DNA from: Squalus acanthias
Taxonomy: Eukaryota
DNA length: 64,000 nt
Direction: 5' to 3'
Assembly: GCA_030390025.1 (NCBI GenBank)
Contig: JASTWF010000034.1
Location: 4,650,001-4,714,000, forward strand
Shown: piece by piece, positions 37,601 to 50,509 of the stretch
Position numbering within the stretch: position 1 is the first letter of the stretch
Layout: each line of letters opens with the position of its first letter
Position numbers and translations under genes: made by a program
The notes under the pieces: model-generated
Database searches by the model: none
What the model was told of the DNA's origin: nothing
What the model saw: the letters and a program-made list of their open reading frames with translations, nothing else

Positions 37601-40600
37601 ATTAGAGAGATGAATGCTTAGCTCAAAGACTGGTATGGGAGAAATTGGTTTCGCTTCCTGGGGCACTAGCGCCAGTACTGGGGAAAGTGGGATCTGTACC
37701 GTTGGGTTGGTCTTCACCTGAACCGTGCTGGGACCAGTGTTCTGGCGAGTCATATAACTCGGACGGTAGAGAGGGCTTTAAACTAAATATTGGGGGCCAG
37801 GGATCACATCTGGGAAGGTGTGGTAAATCAAAGAGTAGAAACAAGACAAGAGAGAAAGGTATTACTATGGGAAATGATAAACAGACTGTGACGGGAAGGG
37901 ATAGAGAGTACAAATCTAAGAGTAAATCAACAGATAAGGCTAAATGGTACAAAAATAATAAAAGGACAAAACTAAAGGCTCTGTATCTGAATGCACGTAG
38001 CATTCGAAACAAAACAGATGAACTGATGGCGCAAATAGAATTAAATAAGTACAATCTGATAGCCATTACAGAGACATGGCTGCAGGATGACAAACATTGG
38101 GACCTGAATATTGAAGGGTACATGATATTTAGGAAAAAGTGGAGGGGTGGCTCTGTAAATTAATAATGGTATTAGCGCAATAGAGGGATGACTTAAGTTC
38201 AGGAAACCAGGATGCAGAAGCGGTTTGGGAAGAGATGAGAAATGATGAAGGCAAGAAGTCACTTGTGGAAGTGGTGTACAGGCCCCCTAACAGTAACCAC
38301 ACGTTAGGATGGAGTATCAAGGAAGAAATAATGAGAGCTTGTCAGAAAGGTACGGCAATAATCATGGGGGATTTTAATCTACATATAGATGGAAAAATCA
38401 GATGGGCAAAGGTAGCCTAGATGAGGAGTTCATAGAATGTTTTTGGGACAGTTTCTTAGAACAGCACGTTCTTGAGCCAACCAGAGAGCAGGCTATAGTA
38501 GACCTGGTATTGTGAAACAAGATAAGATTAATTAATGACCACATAGTGAAGGTGCCCCTAGGTCGCAGCGATCAGAATATGATTGAATTTTACATTCAGT
38601 TTGAGGGAGAGAAGATTTGGTCCAAGACTAGTTTTTTTTAACGTAAATAAGTGCAATTATGAGGGCATGATAGCAGAGCTAGCTAAAGTGAACTGGCAAA
38701 CTAGAGTAAGCGATAGGTCAATAGAGCTGCAGTGGCAGACATTTAATGGGATATTTCAGAATACACAGAATAGATCCATTCCAACGAGAAAGAAAAATTC
38801 CAAGGGGAGGACCCACCATCCGTGGTTAACTAAAAAAGTTAAAGATAGTATCAAACTTAAAGAAAAAGCATATAATGGTGAAAGATGGGTGGCAGGTCAG
38901 AAGTTTGGACAGAATATAAACAAACAGCAAAGAATTACTAAAAGATTAATAAGGAGAGAAAAATGAGAGTACGAGAGAAATCGAGCTAGAAATATAAAAA
39001 CAGATAGTAAGAGTTTCTATAGATATTCAAGAAAGAAGATTTAACAAAGGGGTCGTTGGTCCTATAAAAAGTGAGTCTGGGGAATTAATAATGGAAAATA
39101 AGGAGATTACAGTTGAATTGTACAGGTATTTTGCATCGGTCTTCACAAAAGAGGATACAATTAACATCCCAGAAACAGCTGTAAATCAGGAAATGGAAGG
39201 GAGGGAGGAAGTCAGGAAAATTACAATCACCAGGGAAGTAGTACTGAGGAAATTGTTGGAGCTGCGGGCTGACAAGTCCCCGGGTCCTGATGGACTTCAT
39301 CCTAGGGTCTTAAAAGAAGTAGCTAGTGAGATAGTTGATGCGTTGGTTTTAATTTTCCAAAATTCCCTAGATTCGGGGAAGGTTCCATTAGATTAGAAAA
39401 TAGCGATTGTAACTCCTTTATTCAAAGAGGGAGGGAGACAGAAAGCAGGAAACTACAGGCCAGTTAGCTTAACACCTGTCTTAGGGAAGATGCTAGAAAC
39501 TATTATTAAAGACGTTATAGCAGGGCACGTGTAAAAGTTCAAGGTAATCAGGCAGAGTCAGCATGGTGGTGTGAAAGGGAAATCATGTTTAACCAATTTA
39601 TTGGAGTTCTTTGAGGGAGTAACATGTGCTGTGGATAAAGGGGAACCGGTGGATGTACTGTACTTAGATTTCCAGAAGGCATTTGATAAGGTGCCACATC
39701 AAAGGTTATTTCGGAAAATAAAAGCTCATGGTGTAGGGGGTAACATATTGGCATGGATAGAAGATTGGCTAGCTAACCGGAAACAGAGTGTAAGCATAAA
39801 TGGGTCATTTTCTGGTTAGCAAATGTAATGTGTAGTGTGCCACAGGGATAATGCTGGGGCCTCAACTTTTTACAATTTATATAAATGACTTGGATGAAGG
39901 GACCGAAGGTATGGTTGCTAAATTTGCTGATGACAAAAAGATAGGTAGGAAAGTAAATTGTGAAGAGGACATATGGAGGCTACAAAGGTATATAAATAGG
40001 TTAAGTGAGTGGGCAAAGATCTGGCAAATAGAGTATAATGTGTGCAAATGTGCAATTGTGCATTTTGGCAGGAACAATAAAAAATAAGCATATTCTCTAA
40101 ATGGTGAGAGATTGCAGAGCTTTGAGATGCAGAGGGTTCTGGGTGTCCAAGTGCATGAATCGCAAAAGGTTACTATGCAGGTACAGCAAGTAATTAGGAC
40201 AGCTAATAGAATGTTAACGTTTATTGCGAGGGGAATTGAATACAAAAGTTGGGAGTTTATGCTTCAGTTATAGAGGGCATTGGTGAGAACACATCTGGAG
40301 TACTGAGTACAGTATTAGTCTCCTTATTTAAGGAAGGATGTAAATGCGTTGGAAGCAGTTCAGAGAAGGTTTACTAGACTAATACCTGGAATGGGCGGGT
40401 TGTCTTATGAGGAAAGGTTGGGCAGGCTAGGCTTGTATCCACTGGAGTTTAGATGAGTAAGAGGTGACTTGATTGAAACCTATAAGATCCTGAGGGGTCT
40501 TGACAGAGTGGATGCGGAGAGGATGTTTCCTCTTGTGAGAGAATCTAGAACTAGGGGTCACTGTTTAAAAATAATGGAGCGCCCATTTTAGACAGAGATG

Positions 40601-40852
40601 AGGAGAATTTTTTTTCTCTCAGAGGGTCGTGAGTCTTTGGAAGTCTCTTCCTCAGAGGGCGGTAAAAGCAGAGTCTTTGAATATTTTTAAGGCGGACGTA
40701 GATAGATTCTTGATAAGCAAGGGGGTGAAAGGTTATCGGGGGTTGGACGGGAATGTGGAGTAATCAGATCAGCCATGATCTTATTGAATGGCGGAACAGG
40801 CTTGAGGGGCCGAATGGCCGACTCCTGCTCCTAATCCGTATGTTCGTTATGT
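37601..40852 (+). mobile_element. CR1 LINE near full-length ORF2, degenerate (mirror copy)
   Basis: LKALYLNARSIRNK, AITETWL, KSCLTNLLEFF, KFADD. Confidence 0.95.
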
Positions 40853-40904
40853 ACCTGCCCCGGGGGGATTGGGAGGGGCTTGGCCGCTTTAACCTTTTTC
40901 CTGG

Positions 40905-41433
40905 CTGCTCTTTGATTGATTGGCTCCCTGCTCCTGTGTGATGTCACTTGGAAACAGGGCGCCGCCCCTGGTTACGGCCCATCAGTGGGATGTCAGTGTG
41001 GGAGGAGCTGGAGTGACAGCTGACACTGGCAGTGAGTTTAGTCCCAATAAACAGGGCAAAGGGCTGAAAGGAACAATTTAATATTAATGTAAGTAATTCA
41101 AATACACATTAATTGCAAATATAATGAAATTAGATACAATCCCAGTCAAAAAAACAGCTCCACTGTATTCCAGGTACTGGATCTGGGATTAATATGAATG
41201 ATTTTTGTATTGACAGTCTCTGGGAGTGAGCAGTATCTCAGGAAGGTGGAGAGAGAGAAGTCGAATCATCGCCACACTCACTGGGACTAGAGAAATGTCT
41301 CTGGTTTCACAGAGCAGATCTGGTGGAATCGAGACCCCCCGTGTCGGAGACGGGATAAAACGGGAAGCTTCAACAATGATTGGAAAGGTGAGGAACTTTA
41401 CTGAGAATTCCACCAGTCCAGGATTCTGCCGAG
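40905..41433 (+). other. 5' cassette of unidentified gene, copy 3, reading frame open to the donor (exon 1 ends 41031; exon 2 41217-41433; ATG 41295)
   Basis: ATTGG box ~40919, GCA|GTGAGT, TTGACAG|, CGA G|GTGAGA; encodes MSLVSQSRSGGIETPRVGDGIKREASTMIGKVRNFTENSTSPGFCR. Direct repeat of 32085-32790. Confidence 0.5.
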
Positions 41434-41529
41434 GTGAGAGTCTAACCAGATATTGGGATTTGTTCAGCATCTGCCGTCAGGCTCGTCCTTTGATGCAACA
41501 AGTTGAGCGGAGCTTAACTCGGAGATAAA

Positions 41530-41910
41530 CCTTGCCCGTACCTCACCCGGGAGTGTTTGACACTTACATGTAGAGGGATCTTTATTTTGTATTCATCCCA
41601 TGCTGTACCCGAGCTGGTTGTGCTTCATTGGGTAGTGTCAAGGGAGCTGTACGCTGCATAGAACACATGATGCATCACAGAAGGTTGTGTTGATGAACCA
41701 AATTGGAGGGAACTTTATTCTGTATCTAATCCGTGCTGTACCTGCCCTGTGACTGTTTGGTGGGGCAGTGCAGAGGGAGCTTTACTCTGTATCTAACCCG
41801 TGCTGTACTGCCCTGGGACTGTTTGGTGGGGCAGTGTAGAGGGAGCTGAATTTTGTATCTAACCCACTGTACCTGCCCTGGAGGTATTTGATGAGAGCTT
41901 TACTCTGTAA
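41530..41910 (+). repeat. Degenerate 67-bp minisatellite block
   Basis: GAGGGAGCTTTACTCTGTATCTAACCCGTGCTGTAC motifs. Confidence 0.8.
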
Positions 41911-41914
41911 CAGG

Positions 41915-42660
41915 GGATTACATGGGGTACACAGCACAGAACCAGGCCATTCGGCCCAAACAGTCCATGCCAGCGTTTATGCTCCACTCGAGCCTCCTCC
42001 CGTCTTACCTCATCTAATTCTATCAGCGTAACCCTCTATTCCCTTCTCCCACATTTGCTTATCTAACTGCCCCTTAAATGCATCAATACTATTCGCTTCA
42101 ACCACTCCCTGTGGTAGCGAGTTCCACATTCTCACCACTCTCTGGGTAAAGAGGTTTCTTCTGAATTCCCTATTTGATTTCGTGGTGACTACCTTATATT
42201 GATGGCCTCTAACCCTCAGCCTTCAAGAGAAAGGAGATTTAGCCTGCACTTCCTTTCCTGACATTGCCTTACCTTGATTTTCTGGTATTATCCATGTAAA
42301 TCTTCTCTGCTCCCTCTCCAGTGCCTCTATATCCTTTTTAGAATATAGCGACCAGAATTGTACGCAACACTCCAAGTGTGGTCTAAACAAGGTTCGATAC
42401 AAGTTTAGCATAAATTCACTACTTTTCAATTCTACCTTTCGAGATATAAACCCGAGTGATTGGTTTGCTTTTTATGGCCTTATTAACCTGTGTCGCTACT
42501 TTCAGTGATTTGTGTATTTGTACTCCGAGATCCCTTTGCTCCTCTACCCCATTTATATTCTTATTTTCCAAGTAATATGTGACCTCTCGACATTTCTTAA
42601 CAAAATGTAATACCTCAGATTTATCTGTGTTAAATTTCATTTGTCAATTATATGCCCATT
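41915..42660 (-). mobile_element. CR1 LINE 3' part (host of the 47-bp array)
   Basis: MKFNTDKSEVLHF, RDLGVQIHKSLK, LYRTLFRPHLECCVQFWS. Confidence 0.88.
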
Positions 42661-42742
42661 AAAGAGCTATTAGAAATACATAATTAATAATATCAATCAG
42701 TAATGGAAATGTATGGCTAAAACTATAATATTTATGTCTCCC

Positions 42743-44537
42743 CCCTGTACTGAACCCTGGGGAACTCCACTGTATACCTCCCTCCAGACCCAATATTGAT
42801 TCCTGGGGAGCTCCACTGTATACCTCCCTCCAGACCCCAGTACTGAACGATGTGGAACTCCACTGTATACCTCCCTCCAGAGCCCAGTACTGAACCCTGG
42901 GAAATCCCACTGTATACCTCCCTCCAGACCCCAGTACTGAACCCTGGGAAATCCCACTGTATCCCTCCCTCCAGACCCCAGTACTGAACCCTGGGGAACT
43001 CCACTGTATACCTCCCTCCAGACCCCAGTACTGAACCCTGGGGAACTCCACTGTATACCTCCCTCCAGACCCCAGTACTGAACCCTGGGAAATCCCACTG
43101 TATACCTCCCTCCAGACCCCAGTACTGAACCCTGGGGAACTCCACTGTATACCTCCCTCCAGTCCCCAGTACTGAACCCTGGGGAACTCCACTGTATACC
43201 TCCCTCCAGACCCCAGTACTGAACCCTGGGGAACTCCACTGTATACCGCCCTACAGACTCCACGACTGAACACTGGGGAACTCCACTGCCTACCTCTCTC
43301 CGGACCCCAGTACTGAACCCTGGGGAACTCCACTGTATAACTCCCTCCAGACCCCAGTACTGATCCCTGGGGAACTCCGCTGTATACCTCCCTCCAGCCC
43401 CCAGTACTGAACCCTGGGGAACTCCACTGTACACCTCCCTCCAGACCCCAGTACTGAACCCTGGGGAACTCCACTGTATACCTCCCTCCAGACACCAGTA
43501 CTGATCCCTGGGGAACTCCACTGTATACCTCCCTCCAGACACCAGTACTGAACACTGGGCAACTCCACCATATACCTCCCTCCAGACCCCAGTACTGAAC
43601 CCTGGGGAACTCCACTGTATACCTCCCTCCAGCTCCCAGTACTGAACACTGGGCAACTCCACCATATACCTCCCTCCAGACCCCAGTACTGAACCCTGGG
43701 GAACTCCACTGTATACCTCCCTCCAGCTCCCAGTACTGAACACTGGGCAACTCCACCATACACCTCCCTCCAGACCCCAGTACTGAACACTGGGCAACTC
43801 CACCATATACCTCCCTCCAGCCCACAGTACTGAACACTGGGCAACTCCACCATATACCTCCCTCCAGACTCCAGTACTGAACACTGGGCAACTCCACATA
43901 TACCTCCCTCCAGACCCCAGTACTGAACCCTGGGAACTCCACATACACCTCCCTCCAGCCCACAGTACTGAACACTGGGCAACTCCACAGTATACCTCCC
44001 TCCAGACCCCAGTACTGAACACTGGGCAACTCCACCATATACCTCCCTCCAGACTCCAGTACTGAACACTGGGCAACTCCACTGTATACCTCCCTCCAGC
44101 TCCCAGTACTGAACACTGGGCAACTCCACCATATACCTCCCTCCAGACCCCAGTACTGAACCCTGGGGAACTCCACTGTATACCTCCCTCCAGCTCCCAG
44201 TACTGAACACTGGGCAACTCCACCATATACCTCCCTCCAGCCCACAGTACTGAACACTGGGCAACTCCACCATATACCTCCCTCCAGACTCCAGTACTGA
44301 ACACTGGGCAACTCCACCATATACCTCCCTCCAGACCCCAGTACTGAACACTGGGCAACTCCACCATATACCTCCCTCCAGACTCCAGTACTGAACACTG
44401 GGCAACTCCACCATATACCTCCCTCCAGACACCAGTACTGAACCCTGGGGAACTCCACTGTATACCTCACTCCAGCCCACAGTACTGAACCCTGGGGAAC
44501 TCCACTGTAAACCTCCCCACAGACACCAGGACTGAAC
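42743..44537 (-). repeat. 47-bp tandem array derived from CR1 RT motif, block 1 (~38 units)
   Basis: Unit CAGTACTGAACCCTGGGGAACTCCACTGTATACCTCCCTCCAGACCC; minus strand reads [15 protein letters not shown]. Confidence 0.97.
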
Positions 44538-47458
44538 TTAGAAGATAGGAGTAGGCCGTTCGTCCCCTCGAGCCTGCTCCGCCATTCAATGCGATCATGA
44601 CTGATCATCCAAATTCAGTACCCTGTCACTGCTTTCTCCCCACCTCCCTTGATCCCTTCAGCCTTAAGAAATATATCTAACTCCTTCTTGAATATATTTA
44701 ATGAGTTGGCCTTAACTGTCTTCTATGGTAGAGAATTCCACAGGTTCACCACTCTCTGGGTGTAGAAATTCCTCCTCATCTAAGTCCTAAATGGCTTATC
44801 CCTTATCCTTAGACTGTGACCCCTGGTGCTGGACTCCCCCGCCATCGGGAACATCCTTCCTGGTCCTAGTCTGTCTAGTCCTGTTAGAATTTTATAAGTT
44901 TCAATGAGATCCACTCTCATTCTTCTAAAATCCAGCGAGTATAAGCCCAATCGACCCAATCTCTCTTCATACGTTATTCCTGCCATCCCATGTATAAGTC
45001 TGGTGAATCTTCGCTGCACTCCCTCCATGGCAAGAACATCCTTCCTCAGATAAGGCAACCAAAACTGCACACAATACTCAAGATATGGTCTCACCAAGGC
45101 TCTGTACAACTGCAGCAAGACATTCTTGTTCCTGTACTCGAACCCTCTCGCTACGAAGGCCAACATACCATTTGCCTTCTTAACCGCCTGCTGCACCTGC
45201 ATGCTTACCTTCAGCGACTGGTGCACAAGGACTCCCAGGCCTCGTTGCACTTCCCCTTCTCCCAATCTATTGCCGTTCAGGTAATAATATGCCTCCTGTT
45301 TTTGCCACCAAAGTGGATAACCTCGCATTTATGCACATTGTACTGCATTTGCCATGCTTCTGCCCAATCACCCAACCTATCCAAATCATACTGGAGTTTC
45401 TCGGCATCCACTTCACAGCCCACACGCCCACCCAGCTTTGTGTCGTCTGCAAACTTGGAGAGATTACATCGAGGTCCCTCGTCTAGATCATTAATATATA
45501 TTGTGAATAGCTGGGGTCTTAGGATCGATCCCTGCGGTACCCCACTAGTCACTGCCTGCCAGTCGGAAAAATACTCATTTATTCCAACTGTATGCTTCCT
45601 GTCTGCCAACCAGTTCTCTATCCAAGTCAGTACAATGCCCACAATCCCATGTGCCTCACCTTTACACGATAATCTCTTATGCGGGACCTTATCGAAAGCC
45701 TTCTGAAAGTCGAAATACACCACATCCACTGGTTCTCCCTTATCTATTTTACCAGTTACATCCTCAAAAAATTCCAGTAGATTAGTCAAGCACGATTAAC
45801 CTTTTGTAAATCCATGTTGACTTTGACCGATCCTTTCACTGTTTTCCAAGTGCTCTGCTATTACATCTTTTATAATGGACTCCGACATTTTCCCCACTGC
45901 CGATGTCAGGCTTCCCGGTCTATAATTCCCCGTTTTCTATCTCCCACCTTTTTTAAATAGTGGGGTAACATTAGCTACCCACCAATACATGGGAATTGTT
46001 CCAGTGTCTATAGAATTTTGGATGACTAGCAATGCATCCACTATTTCTAGGGCCACTTCCTTAAGTACCCTAGGATGTAGATTATCAGGCCCTGGGGATT
46101 AATCTGCCTTCAATCCCGTCAAATTCCCTAACACCATTTCCTACAATTACTGATTTCTTTCAGTTCCTCCCTCTCATTAGACCCTATGTTCCCCGACATA
46201 TCTGGGAGGTTATTTGTGTCCTCCTTTGTGAAGACAGAACCAAAGTATGTATTCGATTGGTCTGCCATTTCTTTGTTCGACATTATAAATTCCCCTGATT
46301 CTGACTGCAAGGGACCTACGCTTGACTTCACCAATCTTTTTCTCTTCACATATCTATAGAAGCTTTTACAGTCAGTTTTTATGTTCCTCACAAGCTTACT
46401 TTCATACTTTATTTTCCCCCTCTTAATTAATCCCTTTGTCCTCCTCTGCTGAAACCTAAAGTGCTCCCAATCCTCAGGTTTGCTGCTTTTTCTGGCCAAT
46501 TTATGTGTCCTCTCTTTGGATCTTATGCTATCCCTAATTTCCCTTGTTAGCCACGGTTGATTCACATTTTTTGTTTTATTTTTATGCCATACAGGGATGA
46601 ACAAATTCTGTAGTTCATCCATGCGATCTTTAAATGTTTGCCTTTGCCTATCCACCATCAACCCTTTGATTAACATTCCCCAATCAATCCTACCCAATTC
46701 GCGCCTCGTACCATCGTAGTTTCCTTTATTTAAATTCAGGACACGAGTCTGAGAGTCAAATACTTCACTCTCCATCTTAATGAAGAATTCGATCATATTA
46801 TGATCGCTCCGCCCCAAGGGCCCTCGCACAACAAGACTGCTAATTATTCCTTTTTGAATTGCATAATACCTAGTCTAAGATGGCTGATCTCGAGTTGGTT
46901 GCTCGACATATTGGTCCAGGAATCCATCCCGTATACACTCCAGGCATTCCTCCTCCAGAATATTGTTACTAATTTGGTTTGCCCAATCTATATGTAGATT
47001 AAAGTCACCCATGATAATTGCAGTGCCCTTATTGCACACGTCTCTAATTCCCGTTTAATGCCATCCCCAACCTCCGCATGACTGTTTGGTGGTCTGTATA
47101 CAAATCCCACTAACGTTTTCTGTCCCTTTGTATTTCTCAGCTGTACCCATACAGATTCTACATCACACAGCTAATATCCTTCCTAATAATTGTGTTAATC
47201 TCCTCTTTAAACAGCAATGCTCCCTGATTCCTTTTCCTTTTTGCCTGTCTTTCCTGAATATTGAATACCCCTGGATGTTGAATTCCCAGCCTTGGTCACA
47301 CTGGAGCCATGTTTCCCTAATCCCAATCATATCATATCCGTTTACATCTATTTGCGCCGCTAATTCATCCACTTTATTACGAATGCTCCTCGCATTCAGA
47401 CACAAAGCCTTCAGGCTTGTTTTTTTTAACAATCTTAGACCTTTTAGAATTATTATTT
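44538..47458 (-). mobile_element. CR1 LINE ORF2, degenerate, inserted in the 47-bp array
   Basis: [58 protein letters not shown]. Confidence 0.95.
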
Positions 47459-47459
47459 A

Positions 47460-48855
47460 CCAGGTAACTCCACTGTATACCTCCCTCCAGCCCCCAGTAC
47501 TGAACCCTGGGGAACTCCACTGTATACCTCCCTCCAGACCCCAGTACTGAACCCTGGGGAACTCCACTGTATACCTCCCTCCAGACTCCAGTACTGAACC
47601 CTGGGGAACTCCACTGTATACCTCCCTCCAGACCCCAGTACTGAACCCTGGGGAACTCCACTGTATACCTCCCTCCAGACCCCAGTACTGAACCCTGGGG
47701 AACTCCACTGTATACCTCCCTCCAGCCCCCAGTACTGAACCCTGGGGAACTCCACGGTGTACCTCCCTCCAGACCCCAGTACTGAACCCTGGGTAACTCC
47801 ACTGTATAGCTCCCTCTAGACTCCAGTACCGAACCCTGGGGAACTCCACTGTATACCTCCCTCCAGACCCCAGTACTGAACCCTGGGTAACTCCACTGTA
47901 TAGCTCCCTCTAGACTCCAGTACCGAACCCTGGGTAACTCCACTGTATACCTCCCTCCAGACCCCAGTACTGAACCCTGGGGAACTCCACTGTATACCTC
48001 CCTCCAGACACCAGCACTGAACCCTGGGGAACTCCACTGTATACCTCCCTCCAGACCCCAGTACTGAACCCTGCGTAACTCCACTGTATCCCTCCCCCCA
48101 GACCCCAGTACTGAACCCTGGGTAACTCCACTGTATACATCCCTCCAGACACCAGTACTGAACCCTGGGGATCTCCACTGCATACCTCCCTCCAGACACC
48201 AGTACTGAACCCTTGGGAAATCCACTGTAAACTTCCCTCCAGACCCCAGTACTGAACCGTGGGGAAATCCACTGTATGCCTCCCTCCAGACCCCAGTACT
48301 GAACCCTGGGGAACTCCACTGTATACCTCCCTCCAGACCCCAGTACTGAACCCTGGGGAACTCCACTGTATACCTCCCCCCAGACCCCAGTACTGAACCC
48401 TGGGGAAATCCACTATTTACCTCCCTCCAGCCCCCAGTACTGAACCCTGGGGAACTCCACTATATACCTCCCTCCAGACCCCAGTACTGAACCCTGGGGA
48501 ACTCCACTGTATACCTCCCTCCAGACCCCAGTACTGAACCCTGGGGAACTCCACTGTATACCACCCCCCAGACCCCAGTACTGAACCCTGGGGAACTCCA
48601 CTATATACCTCCCTCCAGACCCCAGTACTGAACCCTGGGGAACTCCACTGTATACCACCCTCCAGACCCCAGTACTGAACCCTGGGGAAATCCACTATTT
48701 ACCTCCCTCCAGACCCCAGTACTGAACCCTGGGGAACTCCACTATTTACCTCCCTCCAGACCCCAGTACTGAACCCTGGGGAACTCCACTATTCACCTCC
48801 CTCCAGACCCCAGTACTGAACCCTGGGGAACTCCACTATTTACCTCCCTCCAGCC
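47460..48855 (-). repeat. 47-bp CR1-derived tandem array, block 2 (~30 units)
   Basis: Same unit as block 1. Confidence 0.97.
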
Positions 48856-49115
48856 CGAAGACAGCCATTCAACACAATTCTGTGTTTTCTGTCCCTGATC
48901 CAATTTGTATCCATGCTGCCTCTGCCCCTTTTATCCCACGGGCTTTAATTTGCTAACAAGCCTAATATGTGTAACTTTATCAAACGCCTTTTGAATTTCC
49001 GTATACAGAACATCAACTGCACAGCCCTCATCAACCCTGTTACCTCATCAAAACTCTCAATCAGTTTAGTCAAACACGATTTGCCTTCAACAAATCTGGG
49101 CTGGCTCTCCCTGAT
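48856..49115 (-). mobile_element. CR1 LINE segment immediately upstream of the amplified motif
   Basis: Reverse complement matches the QHGF/KSCLTNL/FQKAFDKV/WIQNW region that precedes SGVPQGS in CR1 ORF2. Confidence 0.8.
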
Positions 49116-49249
49116 AATAAATACACAGTGGAATAATGATCTAGTGAATTGGTAAATTGGGCTTGATCAACAAGACACAGGGCAATAAATTTATCATTAA
49201 TTGTTAACTTGAACATGACAACCAACACAGAGGGGAATAGAGCGAGAGA

Positions 49250-50275
49250 TTTCTCATCTACTCGTTGCCGCTTGGTGACATCATCCCAAAACACAGCGTC
49301 AGTTTCCACATGTACGCTGACGACACCCAGCTCTAACTCACTATCTCTTCTCTCGACCCCTTCACAGTGTCTAAATTGTCAGACTGCTTGACCGAGATAC
49401 AGTTCTGAATGAGCCAAAAGTTTCTCCAATTATATATTGGGAAAACCGAATCCATTGTTTTCGGTCCCCGCCACGAACACCGTTCCCTCGCCACTGACTC
49501 AATCCCTCTCCCTAACATCTGTCTAATGCTGAACCACACTGTTCGCAACATTGGTGTCCTATTTGACCCTGAAGTGAGACTCCGACCACATATCCGCAGC
49601 ATAACAAAGGCCGCCTACTTCCACCTCCATAACATCGCCCGTCTCCGCCCTTGCCTCATCTCATCCGCTGCTGAAACCCTCAATCATGCCTTTGTTACTT
49701 CTAGGCTTGACTATTCCAACGCACTCCTGGCTGGCCTCCCACATTCCACCCTATGTAAACTTGAGTTCATCCAAAACTCGGCTGCCCGTGTCCTAACTCA
49801 CACCAAGTCCTGTTCACCCATCTCCCCTGTGCTCGCTGACCTGCACTGGCTCCCGGTTAAGCAGCACCTCGATTTTAAAATTCTCATCCTTGTTTTCAAA
49901 TCCCTCCATGGCCTCGCCCCTTCTATCTCTAATCTCCTTCAGCCCCACAACCCCCCGAGATATCTGCGCTCCTCTAATTCTGCCCTCTTGAGCATCCCTG
50001 ATTATAATCGCACAACATTTACTGGCCGTGCCTTCTGTTGCCTCGGCCCTAAGCCCTGGAATTCCCTGCCTCAACCTCTCCGCCTCGCTACTTCTATTTC
50101 CTCCTTGAAGACGCTCCTTAAAAACTACCTCTTTGAAAAAGGTTTTGGTCACCTGCCCTAATTTATCCTTATGTGGAACGGTGCCAATTTTGTGTCTTAA
50201 ACTCCTGAGCAGCGCCTTGGGACGTTTTACTCCGTTAAAGGCGCGATATAAATACACATTGTTGTTGTTGTTGAT
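49250..50275 (+). mobile_element. L2 LINE 3' fragment with 250-aa open stretch
   Basis: ORF 49409-50161 GKTESIVFG, VRNIGVLFD, SRLDYSNALL, LHWLPV, GRAFCCLGPKPWNSLP; (GTT)n tail. Confidence 0.94.
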
Positions 50276-50509
50276 GTGGTTTTAAAATGGAAGTGGTAAC
50301 CAATACACCGAGGAACAAAGGCACTGTTGACTGATAAATTGGACATGAAAACTAATAAACAGGTGGCAGCGCAGGACCTACTCCTGATCCTATTAATTAT
50401 TTTATTCAGAACGTTGCAATTATTTGTAAAAATTAATAAATTAAGCAACAGAGGGGAAACAAGAGCTAGTTATTTAAATTTGATTTGATAAATAATACAC
50501 AAGTCAATA

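Larger units (their letters stand above)
22630..40887. repeat. Right arm of giant inverted segmental duplication (may extend beyond 40887 if the left arm continues upstream of the window)
   Basis: Reverse-complement match to 1-18141 along its whole length, apart from satellite copy number and a few indels/insertions. Confidence 0.97.

Noticed and set aside
1..40887. Palindrome as a sequencing fold-back artefact
   Set aside because: Arms differ by many substitutions, indels, satellite lengths and a TSD-flanked insertion. Haplotype mis-joining cannot be fully excluded without reads.
42659..44608. Long ORFs (649, 556, 396 aa; also 329 aa at 47377-48366) as a novel repeat protein
   Set aside because: They arise because the 47-bp unit has no stop in any minus-strand frame. 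All three frames give the same permuted peptide, and there is no gene context.
44538..47458. CR1 here and CR1 at 18237-21408 as a further inverted segmental duplication (likewise L2 at 49250 vs 8270)
   Set aside because: Similarity stops at the element ends and the flanks differ. Independent insertions of the same subfamily are the simpler reading, though not tested by alignment.
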